From the NCBI GenBank assembly GCA_046483985.1, contig JAWOCD010000006.1, forward strand, positions 32,001 to 96,000: 64,000 nucleotides of DNA. Reading direction: 5' to 3'. This stretch comes from Promethearchaeia archaeon. GTDB lineage: Archaea > Asgardarchaeota > Lokiarchaeia > Sigyniarchaeales > SOKP01. The notes below the pieces were generated by a model that did no database searches, was not told the origin of the DNA, and saw only the letters and a program-made list of their open reading frames with translations. The position numbers were made by a program, and so were the translations under genes. Of the stretch, positions 39,571 through 49,756 are shown in pieces (positions within the stretch are counted from its first letter, which is position 1; the number at the start of each line of letters is the position of its first letter).

Positions 39571-40818
39571 ATGAAAAAAAGACCAGAACTCTTGGCACCT
39601 GTTGGTAACTGGGCCACTCTCAATTCAGTGAAAGATTTTACTGACAGTGTGTATTTTGGAGTGCAAGAGTATAATATGCGTGCAAATGCACAAAACTTCC
39701 AAAAAGAAGATTTACCAGAGATTGTGGAAATTTGTCATGACCATGAACCCCCAATTCAAACATATTTATGTACAAACATTCTTATTTATGAATCCGAACT
39801 CCAGAGTCTCGAAAATTTACTCAAATTGGCTCAAGCAGCGGGAATTGACGCAGTAATTGTTCATGATATAGCAGCAATTCAAAAAGCCAGAGAAATAGAC
39901 ATCCCCTTTCATATTTCTACCCAAGCAAATATTTCTAATAGTGTAAGTGCTCGTTTTTTCGAAGATTTAGGAGCAGAACGAGTAATATTGGCACGCGAAT
40001 TATCGCTTCAGCAGATTAAGACCATTAAAGAAAAGCTAAGCAAGACGGAAATTGAATGTTTCGTTCATGGATCTTGTTGTACATCGATTTCTGGAAGATG
40101 TTATTTATCAGCAGAAATAATGGGATCTCAAAAGTATTCTGCGAATCGAGGTAACTGTACTCAGCCATGTCGACGGAAATGGCGGATAATAGATGATTCC
40201 AATAATGAGTTAATCTATGATGGAAAATATTTTCTAAATACAAAAGATCTTTGTATGATCGAATATATTCCACAACTTATTGACGCCCACATTGACACCT
40301 TCAAAATTGAGGGTAGAATGAAGAACGCCCATTATGTTAAGACTGTTACCCAATATTATAAAGAAGCACTTGATTGTTACTATAAAGGTTGTTATACTAA
40401 AGAAAAAGCAAAAGAATGGTTAAAAGAATTGAAAAAGGTTTATAATCGCGGTTTTCATACAGGATTTTATTTCGGTCACCCAAAACCCGAGGATATTGAA
40501 TTGGAAAGAAGAGGAAATATTTCTCCTTACAAGAAAGAATATTTAGGTACAGTTCAATCATATCATAAACAAAGCAAAACAGGAAATATCTTAATTGAGA
40601 ACATTAATATACCAGTGAAAAAGGGCGATAAGATCCTCATTTCGGGAAAACAACATTCCTTTATCCAAACATTGAAACATATAAATCTGAATGGAAAAAA
40701 ATGTGATATAAAATCTAAAACCGTTAGAAACAAAAAGGATACCCCTATTCTTATTAATGTAAGATTTGATAAAAGTGTAAAAAAAAGTGATAAAATTTAT
40801 AAAATCTCACGACAATAA
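39571..40818 (+). CDS. Peptidase U32 family protein (RNA hydroxylation TrhP/RlhA-like)
   Basis: PELLAP, HISTQA, RVILARE, FVHGSCC..ISGRC, NRGNCTQPCR, KDLC, FKIEGR. Confidence 0.93.
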   Translation: MKKRPELLAPVGNWATLNSVKDFTDSVYFGVQEYNMRANAQNFQKEDLPEIVEICHDHEPPIQTYLCTNILIYESELQSLENLLKLAQAAGIDAVIVHDIAAIQKAREIDIPFHISTQANISNSVSARFFEDLGAERVILARELSLQQIKTIKEKLSKTEIECFVHGSCCTSISGRCYLSAEIMGSQKYSANRGNCTQPCRRKWRIIDDSNNELIYDGKYFLNTKDLCMIEYIPQLIDAHIDTFKIEGRMKNAHYVKTVTQYYKEALDCYYKGCYTKEKAKEWLKELKKVYNRGFHTGFYFGHPKPEDIELERRGNISPYKKEYLGTVQSYHKQSKTGNILIENINIPVKKGDKILISGKQHSFIQTLKHINLNGKKCDIKSKTVRNKKDTPILINVRFDKSVKKSDKIYKISRQ

Positions 40819-40850
40819 AAAATAGGATTACTTTAAAGAGGAGCGAGTTT

Positions 40851-41102
40851 ATGGGTTTATTTAGCCGGAATAAAAAAGATGATGGCGAAAAATGTAATAT
40901 TTGCGGGGAGATTATGGATGTTAAATACCTTCACACATGTCCGAATTGCGGCAATACGGAAGGGAACGATGTTTGTAAAGTATGCAATAGCGAAATGAAT
41001 AAATATCGATTATATACTTGTCCAAATTGCGGTAACACGATAGATGAGCATACTCTTGAGAAGAAAAGAAGAATAAAAGAAAAGTTTAAGGATATAACAT
41101 AA
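40851..41102 (+). CDS. Small double zinc-ribbon protein
   Basis: Four CxxC pairs in two internally repeated units (C..C..M...(Y/L)..TCPNCGNT). Confidence 0.8.
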   Translation: MGLFSRNKKDDGEKCNICGEIMDVKYLHTCPNCGNTEGNDVCKVCNSEMNKYRLYTCPNCGNTIDEHTLEKKRRIKEKFKDIT

Positions 41103-41137
41103 ATTTGAGCAGATCATAGACCAAAGGAGAAAATATA

Positions 41138-41812
41138 ATGAGCTTTAAAAAAAAAAGAAAAAAATTAGTCAAAAGGTTAATAAATAAAGGAATCTTGGAA
41201 GATGAAAAAGTTATTGAAGCTATGAAAAAAGTACCCCGAGAAAATTTTTTACCCGAAGGAGCTAAATCGAAAGCATATATTGATTCACCACTCTCTATTG
41301 GTTCAGGTCAAACTATTAGCGCCCCTCACATGAATGCAATGATGTGTGAAAATTTAAATTTGGAGGAAGGGGATAAAGTGCTTGAAATAGGTACTGGTTC
41401 TGGTTATCACGCTGCTCTATGTGCTGAGATTGTTGCTCCTGATGATTCTGATAATCAAGGACATATATATACAATCGAAAGACATAAATCCTTAGCAGAT
41501 AGTGCAAGAGAAAATCTGGAAGAAGCAAACTATGGAGATCGTGTTACAGTTATTCACGGAGACGGTACCTTGGGATATGAAAAAAAAGCGCCCTATGATA
41601 AGATATTAGTAACAGCTGCATCACCCAAAAAAATCCCTCGTCCATTAAAGAAGCAATTAAAAGATGAAGGAAAATTATGCATTCCTGCAGGGTCAAAGAA
41701 ATATAGCCAAAGTCTTTATATTATTAAGAGAGTAGGAAATGAGTTCGAATCAAAACGATTAACCGGAGTTCGTTTCGTACCTTTAGTCGGGAAACATGGC
41801 TTTGAAGATTGA
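41138..41812 (+). CDS. pcm: Protein-L-isoaspartate O-methyltransferase
   Basis: GQTISAPHM, VLEIGTGSGY, GDGTLG, APYDKILVTAA, VRFVPL. Confidence 0.96.
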   Translation: MSFKKKRKKLVKRLINKGILEDEKVIEAMKKVPRENFLPEGAKSKAYIDSPLSIGSGQTISAPHMNAMMCENLNLEEGDKVLEIGTGSGYHAALCAEIVAPDDSDNQGHIYTIERHKSLADSARENLEEANYGDRVTVIHGDGTLGYEKKAPYDKILVTAASPKKIPRPLKKQLKDEGKLCIPAGSKKYSQSLYIIKRVGNEFESKRLTGVRFVPLVGKHGFED

Positions 41813-41819
41813 ATAAATT

Positions 41820-41969
41820 TTATCGGTTGAATCTCCTTTTAAAGCGTTTTTCTTTCAATTTTTCATGAGCGTCTTTTACAAATTCATTCCTTTTAATCTC
41901 TTTTTGTAACTCATCCCTGCATTTTCCCCAAGATTCTATTCCTTTACAGTGATAATACAAATCTGCCAT
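41820..41969 (-). CDS. Small hypothetical protein (49 aa)
   Basis: MADLYYHCKGIESWGKCRDELQKEIKRNEFVKDAHEKLKEKRFKRRFNR*; GAGGTG Shine-Dalgarno about 9 nt upstream. Confidence 0.55.
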   Translation of the reverse strand: MADLYYHCKGIESWGKCRDELQKEIKRNEFVKDAHEKLKEKRFKRRFNR

Positions 41970-42402
41970 TTTTAATTTCACCTCAACAAAAAATCTCTTA
42001 CTTTTACATCTAGTAAATGTAAAATAGATTATTTTAGCATTAAGGATACCAAATATAAAAAAAAATAGAGAAAAAGTTATACTGAGTAAATAAAAGCTTA
42101 TTGTAGTTTTTAACTCAAAACTGAAAAAAAGATAAAAAGAAGAAATTAAGGATTAAAGGCTTTCTTTGCGATTGTTTCGTAATTTTTTCAGTAGTTCACG
42201 CTTCTTTTTTATAAAAGAATTTTTGGCAATGCGGTCTTTTACCATATGAGAAGCGTAACAACAATTTTCCCGTTCTGAAGTTCTTGATGATTTAATTTTC
42301 CAACACTCGCTATTATAGATAATTCCTTATTTAATTAATTTGACTTTATCCTTAATAAGGATAAAGAAAAACCGACTATGATCCTATATTTAATAAATAT
42401 TG

Positions 42403-44571
42403 TTAATCCAAATTGATGCAAAAACTCAAATTAAAATCCGGGGTAAAGGTTGATCGGATTTGCAGATTAATACCTTGATAAATTTCTTTATATCCTTCAT
42501 CCGTATACGCATAGGAAATAAGGGGAAAGATGATAAACTCAGGAAATTCTTCATCCTTGTCAATCCCAACTCCAAATGAAAGATCATAGGTCTCATCAAA
42601 TGCTTTAAAAACGTTTCCTTTATAGGAAAATGGTTTTAATAACTCATAGTTTAACTCATCAGCATTTTTATCTTTTATCCATGCAAATTTCTCCGGATCC
42701 CCATTAAAGAAAAATGGGAGATCAATTAACAAATCGAGGTTTTCCTCCATCCTTTCAAGGATTTTTGAACCAATTTCTTTTGTTTCCATATTCCCTTCAA
42801 TTTCAACTGAAATTGTCTTGTCTTGTACTTTTAATCGTTTAACGAGGTTACAAGGAATTCGAACATCTGAATTTAAATTCCTTACACAGCCTTCTCTTTC
42901 CAAGGAGATTTTCGCAATATTTTTCTTTTTCTCATTATGTATCAATTTAAATGCTCCGTCCCCAAAATCACCATAGTCAAAATATTGGCTTCGTTCCAAA
43001 TCGTTACTCTTTACTTCTTTATGGATTATCTGGGTACGAAGCATATTTTTTCTAAATTTGTCAACTTTTACCTTTCCAGAAAGAATCATCTCTTTTTTAT
43101 GATATGCTTCCTTCCACCGGGTTAAAGTGTTTAGGATATTATAGTTCTTTGGCTTATAGTCCAATTCGAAAACTGTTCCACCATCATGCAAATCAATATA
43201 AAGATTCAGTATATTGGATTCAATAATGACGTCCATTTGGCTATTTTTTGTAAAATCAAGAGGGGTAATGAACGCATATGTAGACAACTTAGGATATATT
43301 ATTTGATTCAATTCATCAATCATATTTTCCGCTGAAATAAGATGGGAATAAACTGCGAACCTAAGAAATTGTAAATAAATTCCTCCAAAAAGTCCGTGCC
43401 AATATGAATCATTGCACTGAGCCTTATAAATCTCTTCCCATACTTGATGCAATTTTTCTTTTATCTTCTTCCGTGTTTGTTTATTTCCAATTTTCTCCAT
43501 ACGCTCTTCAATTTTAATTAATTTATCCCTTACATGAAGCATTTTTTTATGCATATTGTTGGATTCCGGATATTTTACAAAAAAGTATCTCCAAAAACCT
43601 CCTTTCAAAAATTGATATACCTCTTGTTTATCTTGGTCCTCCCTGTATTCATCGCGAATATTTTCAAATTCTTTTCTAATATGCGTTGGAAGAACCCACT
43701 CTTCCATTTTATCGTAACTTGCCGTGGGAAGATATACCATACCTTTTGCCGAATAATGTTCCATATATTCGGAGAGAGTAGTCGATTTAATCCAATCATT
43801 TTTCTGAATTTGCTCAAGGAATGCGGGGATAAAAGGCTTTCCGTTATCTCCTTCTTGGTGACCTTTTCCTTTTACATAGCAAAATTGATGGGTTGATCCC
43901 CACACGCCCATCTTCTCTGCATCAGAAATAAAAAGGGCCATACGATCCCCTTTTCTGTCTGCTATGGTTTTTAGATAATTGATTGTTTTTCCGGTGGGTT
44001 TCCAAGGCATTAAATACCGCATTTTTTCATTGATAGGGTAGATCCTTAAGGTGTTTCCCTCATCTTCAGTCACATATGTGTATAATGTATCCTCTCCCGA
44101 AATCCCCGTGGAGCGAAAATGGTTATCATCCACAATTACATACTTTAAGCCAACTTTATTTAAAAAGGACGGATAATTGGGCTCCCAGACCCTTTCCGAG
44201 AGCCAAGCACCTTTGACCTCCAAGCCAAACTCCTTGCGAATTAAGTTTGATAATTTCTCCATTTGTGCAATCCGATCTCGCTCTGGAATTACCGCATATA
44301 TAGGCTCATAATATCCTCCTCCGATTAATTCTACTTGCCCTCGGTTCGCCATTTCCTTAATTTTTTCAATGAATCCAGGTTTATTATCAATAAACCATTG
44401 CAATAAGTTTCCGGAAAAATGGAGCGTCACTTTGACCTTGGGGAATTGATACAGATTTGCAATTAGTGGAGCATAAGCTTGTTTATAGCAATCTTCATAA
44501 ACCCAAGGAAAATTATCCACGGGTTGATGAAAATGAAACACAATAGGAAGATAAATTGATTTTTCTTTCAT
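42403..44571 (-). CDS. GH57 alpha-amylase/4-alpha-glucanotransferase
   Basis: HFHQP, GGYYEP, WLSERVWEP, SDAEKMG, YLPTASY, AQCNDSYWHGLFGGIY. Confidence 0.93.
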   Translation of the reverse strand: MKEKSIYLPIVFHFHQPVDNFPWVYEDCYKQAYAPLIANLYQFPKVKVTLHFSGNLLQWFIDNKPGFIEKIKEMANRGQVELIGGGYYEPIYAVIPERDRIAQMEKLSNLIRKEFGLEVKGAWLSERVWEPNYPSFLNKVGLKYVIVDDNHFRSTGISGEDTLYTYVTEDEGNTLRIYPINEKMRYLMPWKPTGKTINYLKTIADRKGDRMALFISDAEKMGVWGSTHQFCYVKGKGHQEGDNGKPFIPAFLEQIQKNDWIKSTTLSEYMEHYSAKGMVYLPTASYDKMEEWVLPTHIRKEFENIRDEYREDQDKQEVYQFLKGGFWRYFFVKYPESNNMHKKMLHVRDKLIKIEERMEKIGNKQTRKKIKEKLHQVWEEIYKAQCNDSYWHGLFGGIYLQFLRFAVYSHLISAENMIDELNQIIYPKLSTYAFITPLDFTKNSQMDVIIESNILNLYIDLHDGGTVFELDYKPKNYNILNTLTRWKEAYHKKEMILSGKVKVDKFRKNMLRTQIIHKEVKSNDLERSQYFDYGDFGDGAFKLIHNEKKKNIAKISLEREGCVRNLNSDVRIPCNLVKRLKVQDKTISVEIEGNMETKEIGSKILERMEENLDLLIDLPFFFNGDPEKFAWIKDKNADELNYELLKPFSYKGNVFKAFDETYDLSFGVGIDKDEEFPEFIIFPLISYAYTDEGYKEIYQGINLQIRSTFTPDFNLSFCINLD

Positions 44572-44762
44572 AATCTCACATTAAACACACTTATATAAAC
44601 TAAAAAGGGTTTATTTCTTAAAACTCTAATCTATATATCATTTCATTTATCCTATTAAGAGGAACATAAACGAATAAATACAAATAAAACTTATTCTATA
44701 TGAGAAAGTTGAACTTCTAAATTTAGAATATAAATTCATATGCGAGCAGCGAAAAAACAATT

Positions 44763-46499
44763 ATGAAAATAACGCAGAGTAAACTGAAGTTAATTTTAAA
44801 CTCAAGAGAGTTTAAGAGATGGATATTTGAAAAAAGATGGTTTGGGAACAAATCATACCTCTCCGATTTTGATTTTTCAATTTCTTTATCACATTTCGAA
44901 GATTCAGGGGATTTATTTTTATGTATCATAAGAGTGGAAAAAGGAGAATATTTTCAAGAATATTTTATCCCTTTCGTTTTTTCAAATAGTTTGGAAGAAA
45001 TCATCTCAAGTAACGGAAAACAGAAAGAAATTGAAAGCTTCCAAGAGGCTCATTCATTTAACTTGAATATTGCTAACTCCAAGGATAGAAAGAATTTATC
45101 ATCGGTATTTTTAATAGAAGGAGAATATACTTTAAAATATTGGAGTAAGATATTTTCATTTTATGGCGATATGTCGAAATATCCTAAATTAGATATGAAA
45201 TTTCGGACTTATTCTAAAAGCGATTTAAGAACGATAATTAAGCCAATAATTTCTCCCATTGCAGGGAAAAAACGACGATTTTCCGATAAAAATTTAATAA
45301 AACAATTAGGGAATGGGAATACAACTAATCTATTATTTAAGTTTCAGATTCCATCAAATATGAAAGATTCTAAGGGTAATTCCTACTTATTTAAATGTTA
45401 TAAGAAATATGAGAAAAATGTTGAGCCTCGTGTACTTCGGACGCTAAAGAAAAACAATTTTAAGGGATCTGCTTCTATATTTGGAGAAGTTATATATAAA
45501 AATATTACGTTAATCTGCATCCTTGAATACCTTCAAAATGATGGAAATATTGGGAGTATTTTTTGGACTGAATTGAATGAGTTTTGTGAATTCCTCATTA
45601 AAAACAATAAAGATTCGCCAAATCATAATACGAATGAAGTTTTAAGAGAAACTATGAATCAAATCTGTGATACGAGTTTTGGAATTAGTCAGCAAATTGG
45701 AGAAGAGATTAAAAAAATGCATAAAGCATTAATCGATAAAAACAAGAAGGATTTCAGCCAAATTGATATAAAGAAATCAATATTCTTAAAAGATCTCTCA
45801 ATTGCTTTAGAGGACTTAAATAATCAAATACGTAATGAGTTTGAAAAAAAGCGTTGGAATTGTTATAATTTTTTGAATCAGTCTCAATTAATCCAGCTAA
45901 TAGAGAAATCTAAAGAATATTTCCATCAAAAATTTAGAGAAACTGAAGAAGATCATATTAAGGTTCAGCGAATACATCAAGATCTTCATATGGAACAGAT
46001 TTTATACAAAGAATCTAAAAATGGAGGCTGTGTAGATAAACCCGAGGATTATAATTATTATTTTTTGGATTTTGAAGGCGATCCTCAATTTTCATCCAAG
46101 AAAAAACAAAATAAATTCCCAATTGAGCGTGATTTAGCAACATTAGTCCGTTCATTGGGTTATATTAAATTTAATACCATTATTAACAAATTGGACTCAA
46201 TTATATCGCAAGAAAAAACAGAGTATGGAAAGATGGGATGCTTATATCATGTTATATTTAGGAAAAAGCATTTAAAAGAACTAAAAGATCTGAAAAAATT
46301 AAAAATAATATTAGATAAATGGGAAAAAAGGATAAAAGAGGCAATAATTCAATCTTTTGTTCTTGATAAAGATTTACTGGAGATCTTTAGAATTGAAAGA
46401 ATCTTAAGAGAATTAAACTATGAGATTAAATATAGACCAAAAGATATGATGATTCCGATATTTGGATTAAAGGAGTTTTTAGAGAAAAGGATTTGTTAA
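44763..46499 (+). CDS. Maltokinase (Mak/Pep2)-like kinase
   Basis: KRWFGNK N-terminal cap, MHKAL, QRIHQDLHMEQIL, LDFEGDP, RDLATLVRS, ELNYE..YRP. Confidence 0.82.
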   Translation: MKITQSKLKLILNSREFKRWIFEKRWFGNKSYLSDFDFSISLSHFEDSGDLFLCIIRVEKGEYFQEYFIPFVFSNSLEEIISSNGKQKEIESFQEAHSFNLNIANSKDRKNLSSVFLIEGEYTLKYWSKIFSFYGDMSKYPKLDMKFRTYSKSDLRTIIKPIISPIAGKKRRFSDKNLIKQLGNGNTTNLLFKFQIPSNMKDSKGNSYLFKCYKKYEKNVEPRVLRTLKKNNFKGSASIFGEVIYKNITLICILEYLQNDGNIGSIFWTELNEFCEFLIKNNKDSPNHNTNEVLRETMNQICDTSFGISQQIGEEIKKMHKALIDKNKKDFSQIDIKKSIFLKDLSIALEDLNNQIRNEFEKKRWNCYNFLNQSQLIQLIEKSKEYFHQKFRETEEDHIKVQRIHQDLHMEQILYKESKNGGCVDKPEDYNYYFLDFEGDPQFSSKKKQNKFPIERDLATLVRSLGYIKFNTIINKLDSIISQEKTEYGKMGCLYHVIFRKKHLKELKDLKKLKIILDKWEKRIKEAIIQSFVLDKDLLEIFRIERILRELNYEIKYRPKDMMIPIFGLKEFLEKRIC

Positions 46500-46514
46500 A
46501 TTTTTAATGAAAAA

Positions 46515-47156
46515 TTATTCTTTTTCTCCCTCTTTTAGCCTTGCAAACTCAAAAGCATAATGTGTTGCATCTCTTCTTACAGGCTGTATATCGTCATAAT
46601 AACTAGATCTTGTTCTTCGACTATCCTCTATATTCTCCTCAGTATAGTCCTTATCAAAATCTCCCTTATTACCCATGGTAATTAGACGCCAAACAAAAGA
46701 TTCTACGAACTTTTTGGTGCCAAATTGTTTAGGAAATAGAATATATCCCTCATTATCTATGAACTTAGGAAAGAACCCGTACGCTTGACACATATCCAAT
46801 TTGAATTCAATATCTGGCAATTTACCTTGGAGCCTCGCTAAATCATTAATAAACCGGCCTAAATCCTCTCCCATATCGATCTGAGCGATTTGATCCATAT
46901 TTTCCAAAAGATCCTTAAGATAATTTCTTTTCAATAGTAATAATTCATTTTTATTTAATGAAGTTATTGAATTATAATCAATTACAAAGAATCTTGCTAA
47001 ATTTAAGTAATTTCTTATTAGAGCAGCTTTAGATAATTGTTTAGAATCACTGATTTTATTTAATCTCTCATCCAATTCGGCATCAATCCGAATCGTAATG
47101 ACCGCAGACTTCTTCTTATTCTTCTTTTTCTTTTTTTTGTTATTAGACGGTGTCAT
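46515..47156 (-). CDS. Ribbon-helix-helix (CopG-like) domain protein
   Basis: VITIRIDAELDERLNKISDSKQLSKAALIRNYL. Confidence 0.8.
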   Translation of the reverse strand: MTPSNNKKKKKKNKKKSAVITIRIDAELDERLNKISDSKQLSKAALIRNYLNLARFFVIDYNSITSLNKNELLLLKRNYLKDLLENMDQIAQIDMGEDLGRFINDLARLQGKLPDIEFKLDMCQAYGFFPKFIDNEGYILFPKQFGTKKFVESFVWRLITMGNKGDFDKDYTEENIEDSRRTRSSYYDDIQPVRRDATHYAFEFARLKEGEKE

Positions 47157-47945
47157 AAGCAGAAAGAAGGTAATCTTAATTTTTATGTAAGTTTTGTAAC
47201 TAAATAAAATCTTATGTAATAATAAATAATAAAAATTTATAAATGATTGTGTTATTTTAGATCCAAATGTTCATTTTTTGATCTTCTATTTATTATCCAG
47301 ATAAAGACTGAATATTAATAATCTCAGTTCTTATTGGCTAAAAGTGAAAAATATTCCTTAGAGTGGTTAACAAATCTCTTAGAAATCTCTAAAGCTGTAT
47401 AGCTTATATACTTTAGGTATTTTAAAAAAAAATTAGTATAAAGAGCTTATTTTCATGTAAATATGGGGTATGTTGCCTCTCTAGACAACGAAGATTAATT
47501 ATCCTCAAATTTATTTTACTTAAATATCTATTTATTTAATTTAATTTAAGTCTATCTTAAGATGCATTTTTGTCATCATTTGTAATTTTATGATTAATAT
47601 GTAACTCTAATATATAATACATTACTATCGAAACAAAAATAATATATAAAAAGATGAAATTCTTTAATTATTTTGTAAAGATTTGAGTTTCAATCTGAAA
47701 ATTGAGTAATTTTAAAGGGTTGCTTTAAAAAAAAGTGTGAATATATAAGTGAATAAACCCCTAAAAGGTTAGAGATACTTAATAAAAAAAATAATTGAAA
47801 ATTATGGCTAATAATCAACAAAAATTTGAGGAAATACGAATCAAAATGGAAAACAAGGATTTGAAACTTTTAACTCATAGTTTTTACAATATATATAAAA
47901 AATAATAATAATCAGAACAAAATTAGAAACAGAAGGGAAAAAAAA

Positions 47946-48269
47946 ATGGAAATGAGCGAAAGTGGGATAATTGGATTAGAATTAATGAATAAAGATGAGT
48001 CCATCATGGTAGAATCCGATGAAGAAATTGAACTGATTGCAAAAGCTCTTTCGAGTAAGACACGACGTAGAATACTCACCATGGTTCAGCGAGAACCTAT
48101 GGATGTTTCCAAAATAGCAAGTTTAATGAACCAAACAGAAGCGAATATTAGTGCACAAGTAAAAAAGCTTCATAAAGCGAATTTAATTACTTGCGATTAT
48201 AGTTCAGGTCGGCATGGCGTAAGAAAGATCTCAAAGCTGAAATATAATCGATTAGTTCTAAAATTTTAA
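47946..48269 (+). CDS. ArsR-family HTH regulator
   Basis: KALSSKTRRRIL...MDVSKIA...ANISAQVKKLHKANLI...G.RK. Confidence 0.88.
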   Translation: MEMSESGIIGLELMNKDESIMVESDEEIELIAKALSSKTRRRILTMVQREPMDVSKIASLMNQTEANISAQVKKLHKANLITCDYSSGRHGVRKISKLKYNRLVLKF

Positions 48270-48421
48270 ACACAATCCACCCTATTTTGAAACAAAGTAA
48301 ATCTGCACAAATTTGCCGTTATTCATTTACTTCTATTATCAATTATACTGATTTTAATCTAAATTAGAAAAAAAGACATCTTAATCTAATCCAAATGAAA
48401 AGAAATTTGAGAAAAAAGAGA

Positions 48422-49564
48422 TTACTTAAAGTAGGGCAGTAAAAGGTTTTTAACTTTCTCAAAATGGCCCATTTGTACACGATCTAATGCTTCCAATGAA
48501 TTTTCCAGTCCCACTTTATCAATTCTTTCCGATACCTCGAAATAGGGACTCTCCTTCAATTGTTTTATTAACTTTTTATTTTTTAACCCCTCAAGTAAAA
48601 AAGAGGTAGGTTCAATATTTTCCTTTCCTAAGGTCCCTTGAATAACCGATAATAACATGGTATCAAAGGTTACTCTCAATATATCCTCTTTATCATATAC
48701 CGTTTCTCCAGATTTTAAGAACTTCTTAAGAAATTTGACAGATGCTTTAAAAAGATCTATCGATTCATTTCCCCATTTTTTTATCAGTTTATTAAATTCC
48801 CGGTTTTCTGAAGCACGTAAACAAAGAGAGGCTACTGTCCGATATTCTCCTGATAAATGAAAAAGTCTCGATTTGGTATTATTTAATATATCTCTGGTTT
48901 CCCCTTCCTCTTCTTCTTCCTCCAACTCTTTTACATTTTCGATTGCTTTTTCAAAGTATTTAGAAATCTCATAAAACTTATTTCCTGAAGCATTGAATTC
49001 CTCACCATTAATCAAGGAAAGCGCTCTTTGCTCATCTTGTTGATAGAGTTTATCAAATTTATTCATCTTCATAACAGCTTTTAAAATTAATCTTTCTCCC
49101 TGATTCTTTTTGATGTTCGAGCGTTCGTATGCCTTCCCTGCTTTTAACAATAAAAGAGAGGATAAATTGTAGAACTCTTCTGGATCTGACTCATAAAGGT
49201 AATCTGATGCTTTTTTCCAGCATTCTCCAGCGGTTTCCCAATCTTTCATTTTATAGGAGATATCGGCCAATCTCATTAAAAGTTTGGCGGATATTTCGTA
49301 TAATTTTAGTTCTTCTGTTTTCCTCACTATAGACTTTAGTCTATATACAGATTGGATATTATTTTTAAAACGCGAGATGATGTCGGCTATCCGGATATAT
49401 ATTTCATCTAATTTAAGATAATTTCCGTGATCTAAATGGATTTGTGCTGCTTTTTCATATAAGTCGATAGCTTTTTTTCCTTTCCCTTCATCCACTAAAT
49501 TTTCTGCTCGATCAATTAAATTCATTGCTCTTCGTTCAAGTTCGTCTTTCTCTTGATTGTACAT
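48422..49564 (-). CDS. TPR/alpha-SNAP-like helical repeat protein
   Basis: KAIDLYEKAAQIH, AGECWKKASDY, KAGKAYE repeats; ATG 49564 preferred. Confidence 0.7.
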   Translation of the reverse strand: MYNQEKDELERRAMNLIDRAENLVDEGKGKKAIDLYEKAAQIHLDHGNYLKLDEIYIRIADIISRFKNNIQSVYRLKSIVRKTEELKLYEISAKLLMRLADISYKMKDWETAGECWKKASDYLYESDPEEFYNLSSLLLLKAGKAYERSNIKKNQGERLILKAVMKMNKFDKLYQQDEQRALSLINGEEFNASGNKFYEISKYFEKAIENVKELEEEEEEGETRDILNNTKSRLFHLSGEYRTVASLCLRASENREFNKLIKKWGNESIDLFKASVKFLKKFLKSGETVYDKEDILRVTFDTMLLSVIQGTLGKENIEPTSFLLEGLKNKKLIKQLKESPYFEVSERIDKVGLENSLEALDRVQMGHFEKVKNLLLPYFK

Positions 49565-49756
49565 TTGGGCTTCAACTCTCAATTGTCATTTTATGTTATA
49601 TCTGTGTTGATATAGATACAAAATATTATGATTTATTCACTTATTAAAAAGTTTTTAAATTTATATCCACATTTCTAATAAATTAATCTTTATTTAAGTT
49701 TATTTTTATATAAAATTAGTATTTAGAAATATATATTTAGATATTAGAAGTTCCAC

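Noticed and set aside
47160-47945. Long AT-rich intergenic region as a possible replication origin
   Set aside because: No ORB-like repeats or adjacent cdc6/orc1 seen; consistent with a divergent promoter region.
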